64,000 bases of DNA, taken from NCBI GenBank assembly GCA_964521165.1, contig CAZFRA010000002.1, forward strand, positions 66,320 through 130,319, read 5' to 3'. Position numbers and translations under genes: made by a program. Each line of letters opens with the position of its first letter. Position 1 is the stretch's first letter. This document shows, in pieces, positions 1 through 9,309 of this stretch. The stretch is from an uncultured Lachnospiraceae bacterium (GTDB lineage: Bacteria; Bacillota; Clostridia; Christensenellales; UBA1242). The notes beneath the pieces were generated by a model. It searched no databases, was not told the origin of the DNA, and saw nothing but the letters and a program-made list of their open reading frames with translations.

Positions 1-1
1 G

Positions 2-3000
2 TCAAAAAATGGTGAAAGTGATTGGTCAACAAACAGTTTAGGTTCGAGTAGTAGTAGTGCTGTTGTTTTGGACGGACAAAACCACTTAATTCAATTTTCT
101 TCTTCAAAAGGCTTGTTCAGCACAGTTTATGCGAATATTGAAAATATTCGTATTCTTGCAAACTCAACAGTGACAACATATAATCTAAATTACATTAATA
201 ATGCAGAATCATATTTTGGTGTTTTGGCTGGAGAATATTACGGCTCGCTTGTCAATGCCACCATTCAAGGTAGTATCAGCATTTCAAATAGCTATAACAA
301 TCTCTATGCTGGCGGTGTGGCAGGCTCGTTTACTGGTACAATAGTTTCAGTTGAAAGTGCAGTTGATATTGATGTTAATTGTGTATCGCCGATTATTGGT
401 GGAATTGTCGGGCAATTTACCGGTAGCGACAATTATTCTTCTTCTTATGGACTTCATGCAGCAGCAGAACAAAACACATTGTCAGATGACTTCAACGGAA
501 ACATTTCATATTCTTCCAATAACGGCTCAATTGTTGTGAAGGATTCGTCATATTCTGAAACCTATGAATATGATTCTAGTGTAAGAAGCTCAAGTACATC
601 AAAATTAGAATTAGGTGAAGTAACTCACAATAGTGGAGAAAAGAAGATAACGGACAGTTCTGGTGATAGTTATTCATATTTCAATTCAGTTATTGGTGGA
701 ATTGTTGGGTATTTGGATAGTGGTTCGATCAGTAATTCGTACAACAATGCAACAATAATGAATAACTACACAAGTGAAGATGAAAATCTAATAAGAAATC
801 TTGCAAGTGGTGGTATTGCTGGTTATGCAACTGGTGAAATCAGCGATTCCTTTAACACGGGCTATATAGTTTCTGGAAATAATAAAAACTATGGTATTGC
901 ATTGTCGGGCGGAATTGTGGGTTATTCAACTTCAAGCGTCAGCAATTCAGTTAACGATGCCAAAGTTCAATCGGTAAGTTATGTTGATAGCGATGATTAC
1001 AATATAACTATACTAGAGAATGATAGTAAGTTTAATTTAGGAACAAATGTCAATGAAACTAATAATTCCAAATCAATTGTTTTAAAAATTGAATACAACA
1101 CAGGCTTACAATCAAGACTTGTTCATGCTTATGGTATTGGATATGTGGAAAGTTCAAGCTCCAATAATACCAACACAGATTCAGCAGAAGTTTTAAATGA
1201 CGGCAATTTAGGTTATATGGTTGAAACAATAGTTAAAGAGTTTACTCCACAATACTTTAACTCGACTAGTTCTGCCGATGATATTTCTCAAAGTTACAAT
1301 TTTAAACTCAGTTTAGAAAATGATGGCTCATATAATTATAATATTGAGGTCAGTGCATATGATTCCTATGGCTTCCCAAGCAGACTTAATCTATATTATG
1401 AATACACCTTTGATATTACAGGTTTTGAACACGGATATAGTACTTTTGAAAGTGCCAACTCAGCCTACTCAGCTTTCTTAACTAAATTTATGGGTTTTGC
1501 AATAACACAAGGCGCCAACAATAGTTATAGTGTGGAAACAGTGGATGTGAGTGATTATAGTGCTTATAGTAGTCTTTACCCAGGCGGAACAACTTCATAC
1601 TATGTTTCCATTCCTTTCTATACCGCAACCAAATATAACGGTAGTGATGAAACCGACATATCTTATCAAGGACTTGTTGATACTGTGAATTCCGAAAACG
1701 CTATCGACAATCTCGGCTCCACGAGCGATGATTCTAATTCTGCAGACAAGCTTTATGACGATATTAACAGTATGCGCGAAAGCGATTCTGACGGCGATTC
1801 AATCAATGTTAATGGCACCACTTACACATATATCAGCACGGCAAACGGTTTGAGTAACTACACTGGCGGTATCGGATTTAGCGGAACAATAAAGATCGAC
1901 GTGCCAACTTATTCTTATAGATACGAAGATACAGGATTTGGTGGCTCCGGCACCGATATCAAAATATTCCCATCAAGTGTTTCAAGCATTTCGTTTAAGA
2001 TGTATTATAATAATGATGATACTGATGATACTGAAATTGACATCTCTTCTATGGGTATCAGCACAAGCATAATTAACAATGATGGTAACTACGAACTCCA
2101 CTACACAGTTTATTACTCGCGTAGCGAACTGGCAAGCAAGCTGTTAGAAATTGATGGAATAACGGATTTGACGGACGAGGATACGCTTGAAGATATTGCG
2201 GAGAATTTGTATTTGTCAGCTAACTATGACATCGTATATACTGTTGAAGATACGATAACTTTGACAAAAAGCAACCTTTCGCTATATGATGATGGATCTA
2301 ATTATGGCATTCAAGTTGACATAATCACGGATAATGATGCTACCACGTCGATGACACTTGGAGAGTATCTTGAAAGTGTGTATGAAGCTTATTATGAACA
2401 TTATCAAAACTTAGAATTCAACGTTTACTTCACAAATAACGATGATGGCAAAAACTATTATATTGACAGCTCTGGAGAGTTTAAGGAAATAGAAGCAAGC
2501 ACGATAACATCAGATGTTTTGGAAGATTGTGTGGATCGTTTAACTCTGTCATTAAGTAACGGAGTAGGTCGTTTGATGTTTGGAACAAATTCAAGTCTTC
2601 GAAATAACGTTCTTTATAAGCTTATCGGCGCTGACGGTAGTAGCGGTGGTTACAGTATGACACTCTTCTATTACATCCAGGCGTCGGGCGAATATACCAA
2701 CACCGTTGGCGGAACGACAACTGTTGACACATATGTGGAAGAAGAATTAATCTTTTCGGATTATAGTGCCACAAATGTTTCACTTTCGAATAATAATGTT
2801 AGTGGGTCTGTAGTGGGTTATTTAAGTGCGGCAACAAATGATAATAATTTTGTTGTAACATTATTAACAAGTTCAGGTAATTATTGGGATGGGTCGACAT
2901 TAAGAACCGACCAAGTTATATTCGACGGATTAACGTTTAATGTAGCAAGAGCAGACGATGATACAACTGGAAATGAAAATGTGACGATCAATACTCAATT

Positions 3001-6000
3001 GACTGTTTCTCTAACGGAAAGTAATGGCAGTATTTATAGTGCAAGTGCATCATTTACTGGTGGAGGCACCATAGCATCCGGAAACTATACATTTAGAGTA
3101 TCTTCGGAAGTGGTTAATGGCAATGTTGTATTAACATTTAGCATAGACGGTAGTTACAGGATTAATAGTCTTACTGTTTCAAATTTCTATTTGGCGGGTG
3201 ATAATAAGGATATAGGTGATGGGACGATAGAGAAAACGACGACGATTCAGGTGAACGGCGAAGAGCGTGAAGTGACCTTGAAATATACACTTATGACAAA
3301 TGGCTCAAGTTTGGCTGATAAATCCGGCAGTGCGATAAGTGGATATACAATTAGCGGAACATCGCTAACGCGTTCTAGTGATGCGAATGCGATTGTGACG
3401 GCATACTACAAACTTACGAGTATTGAGGAAGGCAATACGCAGTTTGCGTATAACACCGGGACGACAAGTGACACCACAAGCGTGTTCTATATGTCCAACA
3501 CTGGCTTCTATTTTGTTGACGGTGCATCAAGTGGTTCAGTGAAAATGGTGAATGGCGACAACGACAGTGGATATAGTCTTGAATACACTTTCACAAATCT
3601 CGGAATAATATCAACCTATCACGGAATAAGCATTACTTCCGGCACATACATCGAAACGCAAGTGGTGCGTAGTAACGGCGTTGTTTCGTATACTTTAACA
3701 GAAGAAGGTTCTGATAGTCCTATTTTAATGATTTATCATCTTATGGAAGGTGTGGAAAGCGAAGGGAGTTACTCTGGTTTTAATATTAGTATAGAAACAG
3801 AAAATGTTGTTTATGAATATGTGGTCGATTATAGAAACAGCACAACATCATATTATCTCTTGCGCGGTGTAACAGATGATAATGGAAATATCACTTATAG
3901 CACAATATCATCTTCTTCGTTAAGTGGTCAAGATTTTACGACATTCTTAAATGATGAAGATTTATCATCCATATCAGTTGTTCGTGATAATGATTTGGGA
4001 GAATCTATAACTTTCACTTTCAACAAAAAAATTACTGAAAATTATTTGGGAGATGGAACAATTTATGAATATATAACATTTAATGATGATGGTGAAGAAG
4101 TAAGAGTAGGTGAAGAGGATATATCAAGTATAGAATATAGTGGTTCTAATATGGTTAATGTCACTACAAACGACGGAACGACGAGTTATTATATACGGAA
4201 CTATAGTTTGTCTTATATTTTTGCAGATGGTACCACTTACGAAGAAACATACGAATATTATACAAGTAGAAGTATATATTTTGATGAGGAAGATAATGAG
4301 GTAAGTGAAGACTCCGAAGATTTTGCATATATAAGAACTTACTTATATTCTGTAAATAGTGATGGCTCGCAAGGTGATGAGTCAGCTTATTATGAGTTGG
4401 AATATGAAGACTATAGTGCTATATTAGCAGGAAGCACACGCACAGCTAATTTATTTGATATAGATAGCAATGAAAAAATAGGAGAAGTTTCATTTTCAAC
4501 GACAAGCAGTGGCGACGCTAGTATGGAAATAACATTTACAGGGAATAGTTATAATTTTCACAAAACTACCGAAACTTACACATATACAAATGAAAGTTCT
4601 TTAACTTATATAATCAGTGTCTATGATGACGATAATGATGAATATACTATTGAATATGACCTTGGAGTGGCAAACTGGAGATATTATATTTCTAGTTCAT
4701 ACCAAAACCTTTTAGTTGCTAATAGAGTTAGTAGTACTTCAACCGATTGGGGTGAGTCAGCGGCGAAAGTAACCTTCACCGAAGAAAGTCTAAAAGAGTT
4801 TTTGGGAGAAAATGGAGTAACTTTCAGTGCAAGTAATTATGGACCAAAAGAAACAAGCACAACCACAGAGTTATATTACGGTTCAGAATCGGTCACTTAT
4901 ACTTTCTCTGTTTCTGGAGATAATTTAGATGAATATTCAATCACATATAGCATAACAGGGAGTGATATGGGAGTCTCCGAGGGAAACAACTATACAATTT
5001 CTATTTCATCAGGCGCATCATTTGGTGAACATACACAAGAAGTTCAATTCACTTTGACCACAGAGAATTCTATTTCAGAAACCGGTGAAATTGACGGAGC
5101 ATTTGGTGAAAATGGCGAATATAGTGGTGACTTCTCAATTGCCATTCCGGAAGGTAACATAATCATCACTGATGAAATTTATATCAGAGAGATGAATATG
5201 ACAATTGCTGGGTTTGACATTCGTGGATATAACCACCTTATCACTCTAAATCCAAATTTGGCAGTGTTTGACTATGCCATTAAGATAACAGACGGCGGAA
5301 GTATATATGACACAACCTTTGTTATTTTGTCAGAAGCAACACAAGATTCCACAAACACAACAACAAAAACAGCGGCAGTGTTTATGGTTGATTTGTCATC
5401 AGAGAGAACGGTAAATGCATCCGTTTCGTTATATGGCACGCTAAGAAAAATTGACCCGTCATTGGATAGTACATATTATATATATTCAAAAACCAGTGGT
5501 GACGTAGAACTTAATTTATCACTAATATCAAATATCTCTTTGATTGGTATGGATGGTGAATCGGGAAGTCTTGGCACGTCAGTTTTGACGGATGGTACCG
5601 ATGGCGAAACAGTTGTGGTTGAGATTGGCGTTTCAGATAATTCAGATGATGTTACTTCAAGTAACACCATTTTGGTTGCAGGCAACGGCGGCAACGGTGG
5701 CAATGGTCGCGATGGAAATGCGGGGACATCATCTTCAATCAAAGGCAAAAATGGTGGCAGTGGCGGTGACGGCGGCACTGGTGGTGAAATTATTGTAGAT
5801 ACTGATATTACACTTTCAGGTGCTATTACACTTTCAGGTGCCGACGGCGTTGCAGGCAATGGCGGCAATGGCGGTGACGGCGCGAATGCAACAATATCCA
5901 ATAATGGTAGTAGTAGTACTAAGTCAGGTGGCGGCGGTGCTGGCGGCAAGGTTGGTGAGACGCCAAGCACTAATAATGCAAGCACATCAAATAGGAGTTA

Positions 6001-7516
6001 TAACCAATTGGCTGGCAGCGGTGGCACTGGCGGTTTAGGAACCTATTATATTGGTGTGTCAAGCTATGACGATGAATATTATTATCAATATAATGCTAAC
6101 TATAAAGGTACTGGTTCTTACAAAGGTGGTGGTTATTCAATCAACACAGATTCAGTGACCTGGACAACTGGGTCAAATAGCAATAATGGATACGTATCCA
6201 TTATTGTTACTGCTGCTGGCGGCGGTTCATCTGGAGATAATGATGAAGTAACAGCAGGTTCAGACGGAAAAAAAATTGAAGAAAATGAGAACACATTACG
6301 ACGCGGATACAACCAATATCGAAGCAATACCACGGCAACTTCTGGTTATTATTGGAATTATGATGTGAAATATAGTTCAGATTCTTGGGGGAATTCTGAC
6401 TGGTCGAATTATATCATTGACGATGTATTAACAGGTGAAAGATTGTTTGGTAATCTTCAAATGACCACAACATTCTCATATTATGGTACAAGCGCATCCG
6501 ATACAGGACCAAGAACTATTAGGTATGGAGAGACAGTAAATGGTGATATCTATGTTCAAACTTCTAATATTTCGGAGTATTTCAATAATGAATTCATCGC
6601 TGCGATTATTTATTATCTAATTAATAATCCTGATGATTCAGAATTTGACGTCACTCTTAGTTCTGCTTTTTCTATTGCACAAACCATTGTAACAGTGAAA
6701 AAGCTGATTAAAACCACAAAGATTCTTATGCGGACAGTTAGAACCATTTCCATATCTGGTGGTATTGTTGGTCTTATTGTAAGTCAGCTTATAATTTCAG
6801 GGATAACTGGTATAGCAGCTTTGGTTGGTAGTTTATTTTATAATTCGTATAATACAAATATGATATATGGCGGCACAACTGGAAAATTTGCAGGTTATTG
6901 TGGTGGTCTTTTAGGAACATCTTATGGTATTTCTTTAACTATTTTGTGGATTACTATTGCTACGATTGATGCTTTAGGTACAGAAAGTTATAATGTTTCT
7001 TTCTTTGAACAAGGCGATATTTATTATAATAATGGCGGCTTTGGAGATATTTGGTGGTTATATGATAACAAAAATCAAGACAACAATTATAATACCAGTT
7101 ATTTAATAGTATATCTTGATCAGGAAGGTAATAGCGCGTACGGTGATAATTCCACTATTGTGGCATCTATTGGCAATAGATCTTATTCTGATATATTTGC
7201 AGCAGCATTTGGAAACTATCTTGATGGTGTGGATGAGGCATATTATAAAAATGGAAATGAAGAAAAAACACCTTGGGATAATGAATTTGTTGGCGGCGCT
7301 GGTGGCGGCAACGGTGGAACACCTTACACACAATACATCTATGGTTATGCAAGAATGGACTATGGTTATATTGGTAGTGATAACATCGGACGAGAAGTTC
7401 CGGGCTACAAATGCTTCTTCACTCGCGATGATGTTGTGACTTCTGCTGGACAATATGGACAAGTAGAAGATTTAGAGACAGCCACTTTCACAGTTGAAAG
7501 CAGTTCAAGTAATTAA
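2..7516 (+). CDS. Giant surface protein, 5'-truncated by the window edge (over 2,500 aa). It has GLUG-like repeats, a Gly-rich GNGG segment and C-terminal transmembrane helices.
   Basis: The frame of the 68..7516 ORF is open from nt 2, with no stop before the TTG that the track uses as a start, so the gene very likely begins upstream of the window. Repeats seen: YAGGVAGSFTG, IIGGIVGQFTG, VIGGIVGYLDSG, ASGGIAGYATG, LSGGIVGYSTS. 'LDGQNHLIQF' and 'IAGFDIRGYNHLITL' resemble the FDGNG-x-TI signature that accompanies GLUG repeats. A Gly-rich run GNGGNGGNGRDGNAG...GGSGGDGGTGG lies at nt ~5670-6040. Hydrophobic helices ISISGGIVGLIVSQLIISGITGIAALVGSLF and GGLLGTSYGISLTILWITIATI lie at nt ~6745-6975. 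Confidence 0.8.
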   Translation, partial: SKNGESDWSTNSLGSSSSSAVVLDGQNHLIQFSSSKGLFSTVYANIENIRILANSTVTTYNLNYINNAESYFGVLAGEYYGSLVNATIQGSISISNSYNNLYAGGVAGSFTGTIVSVESAVDIDVNCVSPIIGGIVGQFTGSDNYSSSYGLHAAAEQNTLSDDFNGNISYSSNNGSIVVKDSSYSETYEYDSSVRSSSTSKLELGEVTHNSGEKKITDSSGDSYSYFNSVIGGIVGYLDSGSISNSYNNATIMNNYTSEDENLIRNLASGGIAGYATGEISDSFNTGYIVSGNNKNYGIALSGGIVGYSTSSVSNSVNDAKVQSVSYVDSDDYNITILENDSKFNLGTNVNETNNSKSIVLKIEYNTGLQSRLVHAYGIGYVESSSSNNTNTDSAEVLNDGNLGYMVETIVKEFTPQYFNSTSSADDISQSYNFKLSLENDGSYNYNIEVSAYDSYGFPSRLNLYYEYTFDITGFEHGYSTFESANSAYSAFLTKFMGFAITQGANNSYSVETVDVSDYSAYSSLYPGGTTSYYVSIPFYTATKYNGSDETDISYQGLVDTVNSENAIDNLGSTSDDSNSADKLYDDINSMRESDSDGDSINVNGTTYTYISTANGLSNYTGGIGFSGTIKIDVPTYSYRYEDTGFGGSGTDIKIFPSSVSSISFKMYYNNDDTDDTEIDISSMGISTSIINNDGNYELHYTVYYSRSELASKLLEIDGITDLTDEDTLEDIAENLYLSANYDIVYTVEDTITLTKSNLSLYDDGSNYGIQVDIITDNDATTSMTLGEYLESVYEAYYEHYQNLEFNVYFTNNDDGKNYYIDSSGEFKEIEASTITSDVLEDCVDRLTLSLSNGVGRLMFGTNSSLRNNVLYKLIGADGSSGGYSMTLFYYIQASGEYTNTVGGTTTVDTYVEEELIFSDYSATNVSLSNNNVSGSVVGYLSAATNDNNFVVTLLTSSGNYWDGSTLRTDQVIFDGLTFNVARADDDTTGNENVTINTQLTVSLTESNGSIYSASASFTGGGTIASGNYTFRVSSEVVNGNVVLTFSIDGSYRINSLTVSNFYLAGDNKDIGDGTIEKTTTIQVNGEEREVTLKYTLMTNGSSLADKSGSAISGYTISGTSLTRSSDANAIVTAYYKLTSIEEGNTQFAYNTGTTSDTTSVFYMSNTGFYFVDGASSGSVKMVNGDNDSGYSLEYTFTNLGIISTYHGISITSGTYIETQVVRSNGVVSYTLTEEGSDSPILMIYHLMEGVESEGSYSGFNISIETENVVYEYVVDYRNSTTSYYLLRGVTDDNGNITYSTISSSSLSGQDFTTFLNDEDLSSISVVRDNDLGESITFTFNKKITENYLGDGTIYEYITFNDDGEEVRVGEEDISSIEYSGSNMVNVTTNDGTTSYYIRNYSLSYIFADGTTYEETYEYYTSRSIYFDEEDNEVSEDSEDFAYIRTYLYSVNSDGSQGDESAYYELEYEDYSAILAGSTRTANLFDIDSNEKIGEVSFSTTSSGDASMEITFTGNSYNFHKTTETYTYTNESSLTYIISVYDDDNDEYTIEYDLGVANWRYYISSSYQNLLVANRVSSTSTDWGESAAKVTFTEESLKEFLGENGVTFSASNYGPKETSTTTELYYGSESVTYTFSVSGDNLDEYSITYSITGSDMGVSEGNNYTISISSGASFGEHTQEVQFTLTTENSISETGEIDGAFGENGEYSGDFSIAIPEGNIIITDEIYIREMNMTIAGFDIRGYNHLITLNPNLAVFDYAIKITDGGSIYDTTFVILSEATQDSTNTTTKTAAVFMVDLSSERTVNASVSLYGTLRKIDPSLDSTYYIYSKTSGDVELNLSLISNISLIGMDGESGSLGTSVLTDGTDGETVVVEIGVSDNSDDVTSSNTILVAGNGGNGGNGRDGNAGTSSSIKGKNGGSGGDGGTGGEIIVDTDITLSGAITLSGADGVAGNGGNGGDGANATISNNGSSSTKSGGGGAGGKVGETPSTNNASTSNRSYNQLAGSGGTGGLGTYYIGVSSYDDEYYYQYNANYKGTGSYKGGGYSINTDSVTWTTGSNSNNGYVSIIVTAAGGGSSGDNDEVTAGSDGKKIEENENTLRRGYNQYRSNTTATSGYYWNYDVKYSSDSWGNSDWSNYIIDDVLTGERLFGNLQMTTTFSYYGTSASDTGPRTIRYGETVNGDIYVQTSNISEYFNNEFIAAIIYYLINNPDDSEFDVTLSSAFSIAQTIVTVKKLIKTTKILMRTVRTISISGGIVGLIVSQLIISGITGIAALVGSLFYNSYNTNMIYGGTTGKFAGYCGGLLGTSYGISLTILWITIATIDALGTESYNVSFFEQGDIYYNNGGFGDIWWLYDNKNQDNNYNTSYLIVYLDQEGNSAYGDNSTIVASIGNRSYSDIFAAAFGNYLDGVDEAYYKNGNEEKTPWDNEFVGGAGGGNGGTPYTQYIYGYARMDYGYIGSDNIGREVPGYKCFFTRDDVVTSAGQYGQVEDLETATFTVESSSSN
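5807..5842 (+). repeat. In-frame 18-bp tandem duplication (ATTACACTTTCAGGTGCT / ATTACACTTTCAGGTGCC) inside the Gly-rich part of the giant gene
   Basis: Two adjacent 18-mers are identical at 17/18 positions and encode ITLSGA-ITLSGA. They are flanked by degenerate 9-bp GGCAAYGGY units (GNG repeats) at ~5680-5710 and ~5850-5880. Confidence 0.9.
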
Positions 7517-7622
7517 AAAATTTTAAAAATTTTGTGTAATTATTATTAGAAATCAAAAGGAATATGTTAAAATAATTAAAAGTTTGGTTTATCTTTGAAA
7601 GATATTAAAAAGGGGGGGTATT

Positions 7623-8345
7623 ATGAATAATAACGATGTTTCTCACGACGGGCACAGGCAAAGGTTGCTTGAAACTGTCACTAGGGTGGGCTTGGAAAAT
7701 TTAAGCGACGTGCAAATTGTTGAGTTTATGCTTACTTACATCTTTCCGCGTGGGGACGTGAATCCGCTTGCACACAGGCTTCTCGATACTTTCTCGACAA
7801 TCGGCGGAATTATTGATGCAGATTATCAACTCCTTATGGGTATCAAAGGTATTAACGAACGCACTGCCAAGAAAATCGCTGCGCTGAGTGATGTCTTCTT
7901 CGCTTATACTTCTTCTCGTATGCGCTCACAAAAAAAGTTTCGTACAGAAGCCGATATCATCGACCTTATTGAAGTCCTTCTTCGTTTTCGTACAAGGGAA
8001 AATCTGGTTTTTCTCGGGTTCACTAATGCCGGCTTTATGTGCGGAAGCAAACGCTTCGTTTCAGAAAAAATTTCTTCTGTTCAAATAACATCCTTTGACC
8101 TTACTGCTTTTCTCGCTTCGTACAGACCGGATTCCGTCGTTGTTGCACATAATCACCCGTTCGGCGTCGCATCTCCTTCTCCGGATGACGACAAATCGAA
8201 GGAAGTGATTAGCAAAATATGTTTTGATTGCGGCGTGAATTTTATTGATGCGTATATCGTTGGCGAAAACGGCGTGTATAGTCAAAAAGAAAGCGCGCTG
8301 AGACGGCAGTATTGTGATGTTGGCGATTTGAGTCGGTTGATTTGA
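7623..8345 (+). CDS. radC: RadC-family protein (HhH N-terminus plus RadC-like JAB/JAMM domain), paralog 1
   Basis: N-terminus contains DGHRQRLLE, then an HhH-like GIKGINERTAKKI. The JAB motif VVAHNHPFGVASPSPDD matches the HxHPxGxxxPSxxD signature. A G-rich SD (AAAGGGGGGG) lies 4 nt upstream of the ATG. Confidence 0.85.
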   Translation: MNNNDVSHDGHRQRLLETVTRVGLENLSDVQIVEFMLTYIFPRGDVNPLAHRLLDTFSTIGGIIDADYQLLMGIKGINERTAKKIAALSDVFFAYTSSRMRSQKKFRTEADIIDLIEVLLRFRTRENLVFLGFTNAGFMCGSKRFVSEKISSVQITSFDLTAFLASYRPDSVVVAHNHPFGVASPSPDDDKSKEVISKICFDCGVNFIDAYIVGENGVYSQKESALRRQYCDVGDLSRLI

Positions 8346-8367
8346 TTATTTTTCAATTCTTTTTTAC

Positions 8368-8397
8368 AAAAAAGTTGGTCTCTACACCAACTTTTTT
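8368..8397. terminator. Bidirectional intrinsic terminator between the convergent radC gene and the 8404..8772 gene
   Basis: AAAAAAGTTGGT-ctctac-ACCAACTTTTTT forms a perfect 12-bp stem including the A/T extensions. The A-run on one side and T-run on the other fit termination in both directions. Confidence 0.75.
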
Positions 8398-8403
8398 TGT
8401 CGC

Positions 8404-8772
8404 TTAAAACAGTTTTGTTAGAAAATAGGTCGCTATCACGCCGATTATTGCTCCGAACAACGCACTGATGAAGGAGATTAAAATTATCCACTTGCTTGAT
8501 TTGCCTTGCTTTCGCTCGCTCGGGTGCTCTTCAATTTCTTCGTAGCCAAACGGCAAAACCGCCAGGCAATAGGTGTCGTCATCGTCGTATTTTATCGAAA
8601 TCATATCCTGCCGTTCAAGGTGTGTCAATATTTGACGGATACCAGTGCTGTCGGTGCGGTAGCGCTTCGGCAATAGAGAAATAATATCCGCACTTTCGAA
8701 TATTTTGTAACTTCCGCCACTGCTCTCTTTTGCCAGTATTTTTAAAACAAGTTTCGTTTTCGTGTCAAGCAT
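8404..8772 (-). CDS. Small membrane-tethered protein with a putative winged-helix N-terminal domain and a single C-terminal TM helix
   Basis: 122 aa. The N-terminal ~80 aa (KLVLKILAKESSGGSYKIFESADIISLL...IRQILTHLERQDMISIKY) has a wHTH-like pattern. The C-terminus WIILISFISALFGAIIGVIATYFL is a TM helix. The fold call comes from sequence pattern only. Confidence 0.6.
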   Translation of the reverse strand: MLDTKTKLVLKILAKESSGGSYKIFESADIISLLPKRYRTDSTGIRQILTHLERQDMISIKYDDDDTYCLAVLPFGYEEIEEHPSERKQGKSSKWIILISFISALFGAIIGVIATYFLTKLF

Positions 8773-8845
8773 ACACTTATTTTTGCTTTTTAACCGCTTT
8801 TTATTCTTTCTTACTTTTCTCTATCCACAATGTGAGAATAAATTT

Positions 8846-9229
8846 ATGCTTTTGAAAAAAAATAATGGTATGACAAAAAAAGAAAAATTAGTTATGACTT
8901 ATCTTTGCAATAAGTGTCAAAAAAAGAGAACCTATCTCATTTCCCCGCAAGAAATTTCTTCTGCTTTTGCCCGAAAGTTTGTTCTTTCTATCGCTGAAAT
9001 TGACGAGATTATGGTTTCTCTTTCAAATCAGAACTACATTGATTTCGTCGTTTCGGATACGAAAAACGGCTATTGTTATTGCGTAACCTTAAAAAAATGC
9101 GGTCAAACTTATCTATCTGATACCAAAAATCAAAGGCGAATGCTAGGCATTTTGGTTTTGCGTTCCATTTTCCTTGCCACAGTGAGTTTTGTTTTCGGTA
9201 TAATTTTGAAAGCAATCTTCAAAAGTTGA
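8846..9229 (+). CDS. Second membrane-tethered wHTH-like protein, a divergently transcribed paralog of 8404..8772
   Basis: Same architecture: KEKLVMTYLCNK...ISPQEISSAF...IDEIMVSLSNQNYIDFV followed by the C-terminal TM LGILVLRSIFLATVSFVFGIILKAIF. The start is uncertain: ATG 8846 is preceded by TGtGAGAAT 6 nt upstream, and ATG 8870 is the alternative. The track's 8762 start would overlap the divergent gene. Confidence 0.55.
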   Translation: MLLKKNNGMTKKEKLVMTYLCNKCQKKRTYLISPQEISSAFARKFVLSIAEIDEIMVSLSNQNYIDFVVSDTKNGYCYCVTLKKCGQTYLSDTKNQRRMLGILVLRSIFLATVSFVFGIILKAIFKS

Positions 9230-9294
9230 TATGTGAATATATGCATATCTTCGTCTATAAAATCAAAAAAATTCTTTTATTTCCTTTTTGGTTG

Positions 9295-9303
9295 TGATAT
9301 AAT
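9295..9303 (+). promoter_or_regulatory. Extended -10 promoter element (TGaTATAAT) 6 nt upstream of the uvrB ATG
   Basis: TG at 9295-9296 and TATAAT at 9298-9303. The ATG is at 9310 and there is no SD in between. Confidence 0.55.
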
Positions 9304-9309
9304 ATTGCT

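Noticed and set aside
5476-5985. A 169-aa Pro-rich ORF on the minus strand, plus short + strand ORFs at 5592-6038
   Set aside because: It lies antisense to the GGN-rich segment of the giant gene. GGN codons read as NCC (Pro) on the other strand, so this is a compositional mirror artefact. There is no SD or promoter.
8821-8829. A DnaA-box-like CTATCCACA, and the AT-rich 19.6-19.9 kb region as a possible replication origin
   Set aside because: There is only a single near-consensus box, with no cluster of boxes, no dnaA/dnaN nearby, and no clear DUE-plus-box organisation.
9230-9309. A LexA (Cheo-box, GAAC-N4-GTTC) SOS operator upstream of uvrB, and of uvrA at 11284-11347
   Set aside because: No GAAC...GTTC dyad is present in either promoter region.
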